Shown here: positions 1-9,585 of the stretch, in pieces | How the letters are laid out: each line of letters starts with the position of its first letter | Position numbering within the stretch: position 1 is the stretch's first letter | DNA from: a virus | Length of the DNA stretch: 64,000 nt | IMG/VR virus record: IMGVR_UViG_3300037485_001872 | Span: 1-64,000 of that record | Direction: 5' to 3' (one strand) | Made by a program: the position numbers and the translations under genes | The notes under the pieces: generated by a model | Database searches by the model: none | Told to the model about the DNA's origin: nothing | Seen by the model: the letters and a program-made list of their open reading frames with translations, nothing else

Positions 1-2228
1 GTTTTTATTCTGCTTACTCCACCTACTTGTAAGTTCATCAAATCACTTGTACTTCCACTAGCTAAGTTACCTGCGATTAATGTTCCTGCGGCTGAACCTG
101 TAAAAAATCCTGCTGTTGCTCCATCAAACGCACCATTACCTAAAGAAACTAATCCGTAATTAGCGGAAGCGGTTGGGGCTATTGGAATAGCTAACCTAGA
201 TATATCGGTAGTAGCCCCTATTGTAAGATTACCTGCTGTAGTTAAACTCATCCACCTATTATTGAAGTTATTATTTCCAAACCATAAGGCTGTAGAACTA
301 GCCCCCATACCTATTTGCCATGTAGGAGAACCTATACTGTTTGTACTAAATCCAAAATAAGCCCCTCCTGCGGTAGTCCCTCTGTCTACATTAAATTGAG
401 CGTCACCACTAGAAACACTTACACTGCCCGATATACTGGATGTACCCCTGATTACAAATTTATGTGCAGGTGTATTTGTACCTATCCCTACGTTTCCGTT
501 ATTCAAAATATTCATCGCGGTAGCTGTCCCAATCCCCACATTTCCATTATTCAAAATGGTCATTGCTTCTGTACCTCCATTGTTACCTACAAGGAAGTGC
601 ATATCTGCACCTGTTGTGCCTACACCTGATGTTGTTTTGAATGTTAATGGTGAAGTTGTCGTTGTTCCACCTACTATTAAGGGAGTAGTTAAAGATGTTA
701 CTAATGTACTTGCGCCTGAATTATCCACCTTAAACTTACTAACTCCCCCTACCTGCAAATTCATTAAATCACTTGTACTACCACTTGCAAGATTACCTGC
801 TATTAAAGTTCCATTAGCAGAACCTGTAAAATATCCTGATGTTGAACCATCAAACGCACCGTTACCTAAAGATACTAATCCATAGTTTGCTGAGGCTGTT
901 GGGGCTACTCCTATATGAAGTTTTGATACGGGAGAAGATACTCCTATTCCTAATCTTCCTGATGAAGTTATTCCTGCACTTGCTGCACCGCCATTAATTA
1001 TCACATCTCCATTGGCTGACATTTTTAAAATATCGGTTGCATAACTTGTAACTACACCGCTACTGTTACGACCAATATAATTGAACCTCATAATATTGGT
1101 TGTATTAGCTGCTGAATAAACATACTGCATTTCAAAGCCAGGATAAACAGAGCCAGTTGTAGTTAAGTTAGTTTGACCAAAAGCTATTGATGCCCCATCT
1201 GATGATGAAGCAGATGAGGTGTATATTCCTATTTTATTATCTCCATTGTATTCAAAGGATGAAGTTTCATAGGTTGATTTTGCCATTGTTCCTGCAATCC
1301 CCCTAACTAAATCTAATTTATTTACAGGATTGACAACACCTATCCCTATGTTACCGTTGTTTAAAATTCGCATAGCTTCAGTTGCACCATTATTTCCAAC
1401 TTGGAAAATATGGTCTGCTCCTGTTGCTCCTACGCCTGTTGTGGTTTTATAGGTAAGAGTTTGAGTAGTTGAAGTACCACCAATAATTGTAGGTGTAATA
1501 ACACCTCCTACAACTTTTAATTGGTTTGTAGTATCGTTAAAGAAAAAATTTGCATTATCTTCGGCAATAGTAGTACCATTAGAAAATAGTACAGAACCGT
1601 TAGTAAGGGATGGAAGTGTGAATCCTAATTTAGTTTCTTCTATTATGTAGAAGTTATTTAAATTAGCGTAATCTGCTGCGGGAATATTTATAGAATAAAT
1701 AAGTGCAACAGAAGTGTCTGTGTATGTTCCTGAAGCTGTCCAAGCCCCTGTTAAAGGGTTTAGGTTAGCCGTAACCACGACACCACCCGCTGTAAGAGGT
1801 GATGAAAACGTTGGCTTATTGTCAACGTTAATTTTGGAGAGGATACTATCTCCACTATCTCCGAACTCGTTTGCGTTAAAGGTGGCTCCCGTAGGAGGCG
1901 TGATTGTTCCGCTTGCTCCTGAGACAATTTCATAATATGTAATTTTGTAGACATTGTTTTCTAATGTGTTTAATCTTGTATCAAATAATGTTAGACTACT
2001 AACCCATGATACACCGTTTGAGTACCATATATTACCTATACTTCCATCAACGGTATTAATCACGTAGTAAATTTCTCCAGTGTGTAAACTTGCTGCGGGT
2101 AGGTCTGAGTAATCATCTACAATTGCCTCAAACCCAATAATGCCACCAACGGAATCCCGAAGGCAGCATAATTGTCTGTTTAATTTTAATATTTGTTGAT
2201 AAAGGGCTTTTTCTACATCTGTACTCAT
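1..2228 (-). CDS. Tail fibre / receptor-binding protein, C-terminus runs off the window
   Basis: ATG at 2228 (MSTDVEKALYQQILKLNRQLCC...). The stretches I translated are open, and the ORF is presumably missing from the track because it has no stop inside the window. Gly/Thr-rich with GNVGIGT/GNIGIG fibre repeats; last gene of the structural operon in view. Confidence 0.75.
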   Translation of the reverse strand, partial: MSTDVEKALYQQILKLNRQLCCLRDSVGGIIGFEAIVDDYSDLPAASLHTGEIYYVINTVDGSIGNIWYSNGVSWVSSLTLFDTRLNTLENNVYKITYYEIVSGASGTITPPTGATFNANEFGDSGDSILSKINVDNKPTFSSPLTAGGVVVTANLNPLTGAWTASGTYTDTSVALIYSINIPAADYANLNNFYIIEETKLGFTLPSLTNGSVLFSNGTTIAEDNANFFFNDTTNQLKVVGGVITPTIIGGTSTTQTLTYKTTTGVGATGADHIFQVGNNGATEAMRILNNGNIGIGVVNPVNKLDLVRGIAGTMAKSTYETSSFEYNGDNKIGIYTSSASSSDGASIAFGQTNLTTTGSVYPGFEMQYVYSAANTTNIMRFNYIGRNSSGVVTSYATDILKMSANGDVIINGGAASAGITSSGRLGIGVSSPVSKLHIGVAPTASANYGLVSLGNGAFDGSTSGYFTGSANGTLIAGNLASGSTSDLMNLQVGGVSKFKVDNSGASTLVTSLTTPLIVGGTTTTSPLTFKTTSGVGTTGADMHFLVGNNGGTEAMTILNNGNVGIGTATAMNILNNGNVGIGTNTPAHKFVIRGTSSISGSVSVSSGDAQFNVDRGTTAGGAYFGFSTNSIGSPTWQIGMGASSTALWFGNNNFNNRWMSLTTAGNLTIGATTDISRLAIPIAPTASANYGLVSLGNGAFDGATAGFFTGSAAGTLIAGNLASGSTSDLMNLQVGGVSRIK
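13..907 (-). repeat. Internal ~57-codon direct repeat in the fibre gene (about 13-181 and 739-907, offset 726 nt)
   Basis: Both copies encode APTASANYGLVSLGNGAFDG..G.FTGSA.GTLIAGNLASGSTSDLMNLQVGGVS; differences are mostly synonymous. Confidence 0.85.
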
Positions 2229-2275
2229 TGAAATAAAATATTATAACATCCTTAGATGTCGGTGCAGAAAAAGTA

Positions 2276-3214
2276 TTACGCTATTCTACTAATAACAGCG
2301 GCTGTTGCACTGTAAAAATACATACGGAATATTCCTACTCCTAATGTTGCAGATGCGGCCACAGTTAATAAACCTGCTCCACCATTTGGTACATTAACAA
2401 GTTGTGTGATAGATGCATCTAAAGCTACGGTCACTGTACTTGCTCCTAAAGTATTATCTATTACAAAATCAAAGCTACTACCCCTTGCGTTTCCTAACAC
2501 AGCAACTATTGAAGCCACTGTTGGAAGTGTTACGGTAACTGGAGCCGCTGATGTACTTGTTATTACTCCTGCAAGTAATTGGGCTGCTGTTATTGCGGCT
2601 GATGTATTTACTGCTGTTGGTGTTGGTTTATTTATAATATAACCATCCCTGGCTGTAGCACCATCCACTGTAACACCCACCCCTACTATTTGCTCTGCAA
2701 CATTTGAGGTGAAAAGTCCAAGTGTATTTGCTCCTGCAACTAAAGTACCTTCTACGGCCACTCCTAATTGTGTATCAGAAATCCCATAAATTCCATTATC
2801 TTTATCTGCACCAAGTTGTAAAGCAAGAGCTCCTACAGTTCCATTTGCTAGGGATATTGCAGAATCTTTTAATAGCACACCATCAACTGTAACACCTGCT
2901 GCACCTGTAAGTTCAGCAATAGCATCTGTGGCTAATCCTGTTGATATTACTTCAGCAACAAGGGCTCCTTCAATTGCAATACCAAGGATTGTATCAGAAA
3001 CACCATAAAATCCATTATTACCATCCGTACCAAATTTAATAGCTAAATCTGAAACAGTACCATCACCTAGGGCTAGTTCTGTCATAACTATACCTCCAGC
3101 AATATCTGTTAATAAGTCTTGGAACAACTCAATTAATTCTTTTTCATTTTTTGAACCAACAAATTGAGCGAAGTTGGTTAGAGAAGTTCTAATTCTTGTG
3201 TTTGTAACTAACAT
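2276..3214 (-). CDS. Virion fibre/decoration protein (312 aa) with shared N-terminal anchor
   Basis: N-terminus MLVT...FAQFVGSKNEKELIELFQDLL is paralogous to 3561-5147; internal repeat (DGTV..LA..G.D..NG.YG.SDT.LG.A.EG.LVA); lies in the structural operon. Confidence 0.6.
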   Translation of the reverse strand: MLVTNTRIRTSLTNFAQFVGSKNEKELIELFQDLLTDIAGGIVMTELALGDGTVSDLAIKFGTDGNNGFYGVSDTILGIAIEGALVAEVISTGLATDAIAELTGAAGVTVDGVLLKDSAISLANGTVGALALQLGADKDNGIYGISDTQLGVAVEGTLVAGANTLGLFTSNVAEQIVGVGVTVDGATARDGYIINKPTPTAVNTSAAITAAQLLAGVITSTSAAPVTVTLPTVASIVAVLGNARGSSFDFVIDNTLGASTVTVALDASITQLVNVPNGGAGLLTVAASATLGVGIFRMYFYSATAAVISRIA

Positions 3215-3225
3215 TTTTTATTTTA

Positions 3226-3552
3226 TTAAATTTTTGTAATTTTATTATTTATCCAATAAAGGGCATTGTTATCAAGTAGAAATTTATTTTGCTCGTTTAG
3301 TTCAAAATTTATTTCCTGAAGCACATCTTCACTATCATAATAGCCACTTACTATTTTAGTTTCGGTATCGTAATTAAACTTTACAATACTTACCTTATCA
3401 AGCGAAACGGCTGGTATAAGACTAAATACAGGGTACAAGTCAGAAGGCTTAGGTATTTCCTCTACTTCAATTCCATGTTCGGTTATTGTAGCATTTTTAG
3501 CTATTTTAATAATTAAGCCTTGCTCGTTATGTATAATTGCTTTTAGTTCCAT
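3226..3552 (-). CDS. Hypothetical protein, possible fibre chaperone
   Basis: 108-aa ORF tightly packed between two fibre genes. Confidence 0.45.
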   Translation of the reverse strand: MELKAIIHNEQGLIIKIAKNATITEHGIEVEEIPKPSDLYPVFSLIPAVSLDKVSIVKFNYDTETKIVSGYYDSEDVLQEINFELNEQNKFLLDNNALYWINNKITKI

Positions 3553-3560
3553 CTTTATAA

Positions 3561-5147
3561 TTAATTACTCGCTACCCATCTATCCCCTATGGGTGTTAAA
3601 ATTATCACTTCACCATTTGTGCCATTGGCAGTAACGGTAGCTGCCTGTACGAATCCATTGGCAATATTACTATGTGCTATAGATATAGTTAATCCAGCCG
3701 CAGGCTTTAATACTATTGAAAAATTATTAGTTGGATTTTTAACAAATGAAGTCATATTTACAGTACCAGCTCCAGTTAGATTTATTATTCCTGCGAATAA
3801 ATCTATTGACGTTGAATCTCTACCTGCTGTTGGAGCCATAGCAGCTACCGCAGCCATTGTAACTGTAATATCTGAAAAAGTCCTACTGTAATGTATATTC
3901 CCTAATGCAGATAAATTCTTTAAGTTATTACCAACCCAATCATCTTCTTTGGTTGTTACATAATCAAAGTTATCTACTATACAAACTTTACCTCTACCCA
4001 AAGTAGGTGCTATCAATACATTTTGACTATTTCTAACTTTTAAATATCCTGTAGAATTACTATGTGATGATGTGGCATTTATTACACTAGTTGATACATT
4101 AGATATATCTCCACTAATAATTCTATTAATTATATCCATGTAAAAAGTAACTCCATTTAGATTCTTAATACATATGGAAGCAAAATGTTTTGCATTGCTA
4201 AATACTGAATTGAAAAATCCACTAAATCCATTGACATATGAAATTACATCTGTAAAGATGCAATCTTTCATAGTAACTACATCAAGGTCATAAATTTCAT
4301 TCGTCCAAGTATTGTTAGTACATGAAGTAATTTTAACATTATTAAAATGGGGGTAAGAACTTCCATATCCTTCAATATGAATATTAGGCATCATAAACGC
4401 AGTTCCTTGTCCATCTGTAGACCTTTTAATATATGTATTAACAGTACCTCTTTGACTAGCTCCATAATCAGGAATGCAAATTCTTACATCCTTATAACCT
4501 GTGGGGTTTGTAGAAGCATCGTAAACTGATGTACTCATTGCTACAAAAGCCTGACCTGTAAGTGTACCTGTAGCTACTAATCCACATGACATACTTGGTG
4601 ACCATAATATCCATCTAGTTCCTCTACCTGTAGCTGATAAATCAGCTGCCCATCGTCTTACAATGAAATTTCTCCAATCTCCATTACCAATTTCAATATT
4701 TCTTATTGGGTCTTTTCTGAAGGTAATACACCCTTTTTGTCCTGTAATAGTTAAATCGTTCCAAGCTCCATTGTCTGTGGTGTAATGGATAATATCATTG
4801 GGATATAATTCACTGTAAACTACATTTTCAAATTCTGATTCACTTTTAGCAGTTAATGTAAGTGGTTCAATTGGAATAACAACATTTGTATCATTTCTTT
4901 CAGAACTACCTTGTAGTTTATGTAATGTTTGAAAATCTGTTATTTTATATTTAACTCCTGGTATTAATGCATTTGCTGTTTCTAATGACGTTATCTCTGT
5001 ATAGGTTCCTTCTATTACCGTAGTTACACTATCTAAATCTAATAATAAATCCTGAAAAAGCTCTATTAGTTTTTTTTCGTTTTTATTCCCCACAAACTGT
5101 GCAAAGTCTGTAAGGTCTTTTTTTACTCTATAATCGGTTACTAACAT
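3561..5147 (-). CDS. Virion fibre protein (528 aa), probable beta-helical region
   Basis: TYTEI...LIPGVKYKITDFQT...KGCITFRKD motif resembles Bacteroidota phage fibres; Asn-rich middle region; shares N-terminus with 2276-3214. Confidence 0.6.
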   Translation of the reverse strand: MLVTDYRVKKDLTDFAQFVGNKNEKKLIELFQDLLLDLDSVTTVIEGTYTEITSLETANALIPGVKYKITDFQTLHKLQGSSERNDTNVVIPIEPLTLTAKSESEFENVVYSELYPNDIIHYTTDNGAWNDLTITGQKGCITFRKDPIRNIEIGNGDWRNFIVRRWAADLSATGRGTRWILWSPSMSCGLVATGTLTGQAFVAMSTSVYDASTNPTGYKDVRICIPDYGASQRGTVNTYIKRSTDGQGTAFMMPNIHIEGYGSSYPHFNNVKITSCTNNTWTNEIYDLDVVTMKDCIFTDVISYVNGFSGFFNSVFSNAKHFASICIKNLNGVTFYMDIINRIISGDISNVSTSVINATSSHSNSTGYLKVRNSQNVLIAPTLGRGKVCIVDNFDYVTTKEDDWVGNNLKNLSALGNIHYSRTFSDITVTMAAVAAMAPTAGRDSTSIDLFAGIINLTGAGTVNMTSFVKNPTNNFSIVLKPAAGLTISIAHSNIANGFVQAATVTANGTNGEVIILTPIGDRWVASN

Positions 5148-5173
5148 TATTAATTAATTAATCAATTAAATAC

Positions 5174-5204
5174 AAAAAGAAAGCCCTGAGATTTTCAGGG
5201 CTTT
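5174..5204 (-). terminator. Intrinsic terminator after the auxiliary capsid gene
   Basis: AAAGCCCTGA-GATTT-TCAGGGCTTT hairpin followed by a U-tract on the minus strand. Confidence 0.7.
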
Positions 5205-5215
5205 CCGTTGTTAAT

Positions 5216-7798
5216 CTAGACAGCGTAGGCCATTACCCCATTTAACCCTGCGGCAGCTGCCACTTTGTTCATGAGTAACTCCACTGCTGTATGTCTACCA
5301 ACTTCAACTAAGAAGTGATAAGTATTAGTTTCGATATTTCTACCAGCCATTCCTTGGCTCATTGTGTTACGTTCAATATCAATTGCATAATCAATATATT
5401 GGGTAGTAGAACGAATACTTGATTCTTCACCTTTGAAAAGACGAGCTACAATATCTTCGTGTCTATCTTCACCTGTAAAGAATTGGCGAGACATATCTTC
5501 GAATTGGTACAAGTTACCACCTAAGTGTGTACGAGGAATCCAACGTGATAAATAAGTGATTGCGAAAATATCGTCTTCAACAAGACCAATTGCTTCACGG
5601 ATTTCAGTGATGTAGCCACCTGATACTTCAATCTGTACAGAGCTATCTGCAAATCCAATAGTGTCACGTAAACATTCGTCAGGATGTACTTCTAATACTT
5701 TTCCTTTAAATTTAATACCACAAAGACAGTCTGTGCTATAATCTGGACTTGGTTCTACTTTTGTCCAAGAATAAACATCAAAGTTTGCTGGGGCAGTTGT
5801 AGTATAATAATCAAGGTAGATTGGGTCACATTCTGGGCATACAACGTTAGTGATAACTGTTGTAGTGTATTTAGTTTGGCAACCACCACTAACTGTAGTG
5901 ATTGCTGTAAATCCAACATCATCTCCATCTAAATTCCCTGTTGCATTCACTGCTGTTACATAACCTGCTCCAACATCTGCTGTAAGTCCGATAATTTTAA
6001 AGGTGTTTGAATCAGAAATATACTCAAGAGTGTTATCTCCTGTTGCGGCTACTGCTGCTGCGTTTGCATTTACGAAATTTTGTGCTGTTAAAGCTAAACT
6101 TGTATCGAAAGTAGCTGTGTAACCTGTTCCATCAATAGTTATGGTGGCAGTTCCTGAAGTTCCACTAAGTGTAACAATTTGAGATGAGTAAAGAGTAGTT
6201 CCTGTTTCAATTGCAATTGTTAAATCTGGGTAGGCTGCTTGTAATTCAGTAAGGCGGCTAGTTCCACATTCATCATCTGGAAGAACAATTGTGTATTCTT
6301 CTGTAGATGCTGTACATCCTTCTAATTCTACCCATGCAACTGTTGCTGCATCTGTATGGTCACACACATCTGCTACAATATTTACAAACTCAACTGTTGA
6401 AGATGCACCAAAAATAGTAAATTCTGATGTAAATCCTGTATCGTCACCATCAAGGTCTCCTGTAGCATTTACTGCTGTAAGAGTTGCCACTTCATTTGTA
6501 GCAGAAATAACAGTGAAAGAGTTTGTTCCTAAGTTATAAACTAAAAGGTTATCTCCACTAGCTGCCACTGCTGCTGCATTTGTTGTTACAAAGTTTGCTG
6601 CTGTAGTTGCTAAATCTGTTGCGAAGGTTGCTGTGTAGTTAGAACCATCAATTGCAATTGTAGCAGTTCCTGAAGTACCTGAAAGGGTTACTACTTGTTG
6701 AGAATATGAAGCTGTTGTAGCTAAGAATATTGCAAGGTTAGCGGCACTTAATTTAGCACTAAGAATTACAGTGTAGAAACCAACGGCTCCATTCTGTCCA
6801 CTCTTAATTGCTGAACCTGCAACGGCTCCTGCGATGTTATCTACGGCTCCAATTGCATTAAAACCACCGTCTACAATACTAATTGCGTAAAGGTATCCAC
6901 CATTGTTTTCCAAATAGCCTGTTGGACAAGCTGCACATCCTTTTATTAAAGAAGCCACTGGAGTAGCAAAGGCTGCTGGAGTTGCACTTGAAAGAGCTAA
7001 AAATTCATAAACTGATTGTACACCATTACGTTCTTTACGAACTATTGTATATGATGGATATTGTGCTTGAACTAAAGCTAGAGATTCTTCGTCACCAATA
7101 TCTGTAACAGTTAAGGTGAAAAAGCTATAAGCTGTATCAGAATAGGTTGGAGAAGTTGTACAACTTTTTACAGGAGTGATTTCTACAAAATCTGACATCT
7201 TAACACCACCACGTAAATCATAGCTCTTTAAAAACTCAATTGCATTCAAAATAATAGGTGTGCAACTTACGTCTGTACAGTCATCACATGTAGTACAGTC
7301 AGAAACCCGTGGGTCACATAATTCTTCTGCCATTACATATGAAACGTCAACATAGTTTCCAGGGAATCCCATCATTCCAATAGCTTCACCAGAAAGACGA
7401 ATGAAAATTTCTTTTCTATCTCCTTTGGTAAAAGAAATTGATGTACCTGCGTCAATACCATTGTAACCAACAACTACTTCATCCACTTTTTGTTCTGAGT
7501 ACTTAGGAGCACTTACACGAACATCAAGCACTTCACTCATTTTAAAAGGGAAGGTTGAGAATGATTTGTTAGATTGGCTACGAGTAACAGCTAAGTCTGT
7601 GTTACCTACTTTAAACTGATAATCACGGTTTTTTGGTTTACCAGCGAAACTTGAAATGGCTGTTTGGCCATTAATTGTTTCCATAGTGGTATCAAAAATA
7701 CCTAATTGTCCTTTTGCTAATTGTAATGAACCTCCAGAGGTCATTACGTTGCCGCCAATTACTACGAAGTGACGGTCAAACGGTTTGTGTAATCCCAT
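5216..7798 (-). CDS. Auxiliary capsid/structural protein (860 aa) with a duplicated ~95-aa domain
   Basis: Syntenic with the crAss-like block downstream of MCP and ring protein; Cys-rich core with two copies of YS.Q.VTLSGTSGTATI.IDG..YTATF...DGDD.GFT. Confidence 0.6.
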   Translation of the reverse strand: MGLHKPFDRHFVVIGGNVMTSGGSLQLAKGQLGIFDTTMETINGQTAISSFAGKPKNRDYQFKVGNTDLAVTRSQSNKSFSTFPFKMSEVLDVRVSAPKYSEQKVDEVVVGYNGIDAGTSISFTKGDRKEIFIRLSGEAIGMMGFPGNYVDVSYVMAEELCDPRVSDCTTCDDCTDVSCTPIILNAIEFLKSYDLRGGVKMSDFVEITPVKSCTTSPTYSDTAYSFFTLTVTDIGDEESLALVQAQYPSYTIVRKERNGVQSVYEFLALSSATPAAFATPVASLIKGCAACPTGYLENNGGYLYAISIVDGGFNAIGAVDNIAGAVAGSAIKSGQNGAVGFYTVILSAKLSAANLAIFLATTASYSQQVVTLSGTSGTATIAIDGSNYTATFATDLATTAANFVTTNAAAVAASGDNLLVYNLGTNSFTVISATNEVATLTAVNATGDLDGDDTGFTSEFTIFGASSTVEFVNIVADVCDHTDAATVAWVELEGCTASTEEYTIVLPDDECGTSRLTELQAAYPDLTIAIETGTTLYSSQIVTLSGTSGTATITIDGTGYTATFDTSLALTAQNFVNANAAAVAATGDNTLEYISDSNTFKIIGLTADVGAGYVTAVNATGNLDGDDVGFTAITTVSGGCQTKYTTTVITNVVCPECDPIYLDYYTTTAPANFDVYSWTKVEPSPDYSTDCLCGIKFKGKVLEVHPDECLRDTIGFADSSVQIEVSGGYITEIREAIGLVEDDIFAITYLSRWIPRTHLGGNLYQFEDMSRQFFTGEDRHEDIVARLFKGEESSIRSTTQYIDYAIDIERNTMSQGMAGRNIETNTYHFLVEVGRHTAVELLMNKVAAAAGLNGVMAYAV

Positions 7799-7819
7799 TG
7801 TTAATTTTTATATTATATG

Positions 7820-8485
7820 TTAAAATTTATTGTTAATTCTTGTGTTGTCTATTTGAAAGTGTTGAAGATTATCTGTATTTATATTTAGATTTTTTACAGC
7901 TATAGAGATGATACGATTCATTGTTTTATCGTCCCATTCTGGGTTAGAGGTTGAAGAATTTATTCCATCTAGTGTTATGTATCCCTCAATATCAATTATC
8001 CTAGGATAACGGTAGTAGGACATAAATAAAGCATCTATTAAAAAATCATCTATAAAAACCCTAATTGTATTATTCGCTATGTAATAAAAACTCTCTCTAA
8101 AGTAAAAGGAAGGTTTATTATGTTCGTCAAAAAGAAGCTCTTGTGTGTTTTCTGCTTTGGCCTCCCATAGCTTGATACTATCTTTACATGTGGAAGTTTT
8201 TGCAATTGCTCTTAATGTTGCTAAGTCAAAGAAATCTGTGGGGATGGTGAAGTAGTGACTATCTGTAGTTTTACTACTTTCTTTTAACTTTTTATCTGGA
8301 ATTAATAACTTTTGAATGAGTCTAATATCATCTTCATTTCTTTTTTCTAACACCCACTCTATAAACTGATATTGAGCTTCATTAACCGCTGTTTTTATTC
8401 TTGGGTTATCAAACGCAATACCATCGTTTATATTGTTTTTATTAGCTTTTTCTCTTACTTGATTGAAGACTTCTATACTTAGCAT
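7820..8485 (-). CDS. Head-tail connector ring protein (crAss-like)
   Basis: 221 aa; NEAQ...SYYRYP...NPEWDD...IISIAV pattern and position two genes after MCP. Confidence 0.55.
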   Translation of the reverse strand: MLSIEVFNQVREKANKNNINDGIAFDNPRIKTAVNEAQYQFIEWVLEKRNEDDIRLIQKLLIPDKKLKESSKTTDSHYFTIPTDFFDLATLRAIAKTSTCKDSIKLWEAKAENTQELLFDEHNKPSFYFRESFYYIANNTIRVFIDDFLIDALFMSYYRYPRIIDIEGYITLDGINSSTSNPEWDDKTMNRIISIAVKNLNINTDNLQHFQIDNTRINNKF

Positions 8486-8486
8486 T

Positions 8487-9458
8487 CTATGTTAACATAA
8501 TTTCCTCATAAATTTCTACTAGTTCAGTATCAGTTTTTAGTTTTTGGGTGATTGATTTAGAATCTACACCAAGGTCTACACCTTTATATTGGTATTGTCC
8601 ACCTAGTTTTGTAAGTTTACCATTTAAAATCATGGTCATCACTTTAACTTGAAGAACAATATCATTATATCCTTCATCCTCCTTAGCTTTTTCATAAAGT
8701 TTATTAAAAGCATCTGCATTTTGATAATCCTTATTCAACCATATTTCAAAATAACTCTGTAGGTCAACTAAATTTGGTTTTATATTCGGCCTAATAACTG
8801 ATAAGTGTTTTAGAATATTTATTAATTTAGTTTCATTTTCTATGCCTAACATTGAGAATGTACCAATTGCTTTAAATCTAGCATTAGTTCTTTTCTTATC
8901 AACGTCCATTGCTGTGTGTTTATCTTCAACAATGTAGTCAGCCATATTAAATTGAGGGGAACCTTCTTGACCCGCTGGGGTTAATTCAAAACTATTTACA
9001 GCAATAAACAAATCTAATAAGTCGTCTGGATTTGCTGTATTTAAAACTCTTCCGTCATATAAACTAATGCTGAAAGAATCCCAAAATTCTAAATTTTTAT
9101 TATCTAAACATAAATCACCGTGAATTGTTTCATATGGTGACACTATGTATTTTTTTAGTGCCTTAACCTTCTCTGACTTTACGTTATCATCTAGTCCTGC
9201 ATAACATGGACTACCTACGAAAAATCCTGTATCAAAGACACCTGTTTTTGTGTTTGCGTTTTGAATGACATATCTACATGCCACTGAGTTTTCGATGCCT
9301 TCTGATGGTAGTTTTGTTGTTCCTACTTTTTGGAACCCATCAGGAGCTGTTTTGTCTGGTTTATTTGAAATTTTATAAACGCTGTTTCTACGAATTTCAA
9401 GGCCATTAACCTTGACTATTACATCTTGTTCTTCTGTAGTTTCTACTGCTTTTGCCAT
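8487..9458 (-). CDS. Conserved crAss-like capsid-module protein downstream of MCP
   Basis: 323 aa, syntenic position, has its own promoter at 9481. Confidence 0.5.
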   Translation of the reverse strand: MAKAVETTEEQDVIVKVNGLEIRRNSVYKISNKPDKTAPDGFQKVGTTKLPSEGIENSVACRYVIQNANTKTGVFDTGFFVGSPCYAGLDDNVKSEKVKALKKYIVSPYETIHGDLCLDNKNLEFWDSFSISLYDGRVLNTANPDDLLDLFIAVNSFELTPAGQEGSPQFNMADYIVEDKHTAMDVDKKRTNARFKAIGTFSMLGIENETKLINILKHLSVIRPNIKPNLVDLQSYFEIWLNKDYQNADAFNKLYEKAKEDEGYNDIVLQVKVMTMILNGKLTKLGGQYQYKGVDLGVDSKSITQKLKTDTELVEIYEEIMLT

Positions 9459-9480
9459 TATTTTTGGTTTTTTATTTATG

Positions 9481-9523
9481 CAAATATAATACTTTTATTT
9501 GCATTTTCAAAGCCGATAAAATT
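9481..9523 (-). promoter_or_regulatory. Promoter, AATTTTAT-N27-TATATTTG class
   Basis: -7 TATATTTG (9481-9488, reverse complement), TTTG 19 nt upstream, AATTTTAT at 9516-9523. Confidence 0.75.
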
Positions 9524-9546
9524 AGATATTATCGGTAAAATATATT

Positions 9547-9567
9547 GGGGGGAGGGACACTCCCCCC
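9547..9567. terminator. GC hairpin after the MCP stop (terminator or mRNA stabiliser)
   Basis: GGGGGGAG-GGACA-CTCCCCCC; no clear U-tract on the minus strand. Confidence 0.5.
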
Positions 9568-9585
9568 TTTATTTAATTAGCTTAA

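Noticed and set aside
13-907. Fibre-gene repeat as a DGR template/variable pair
   Set aside because: Both copies are in frame in one gene, differences are mostly synonymous rather than adenine-specific, and no reverse transcriptase is present in the window.
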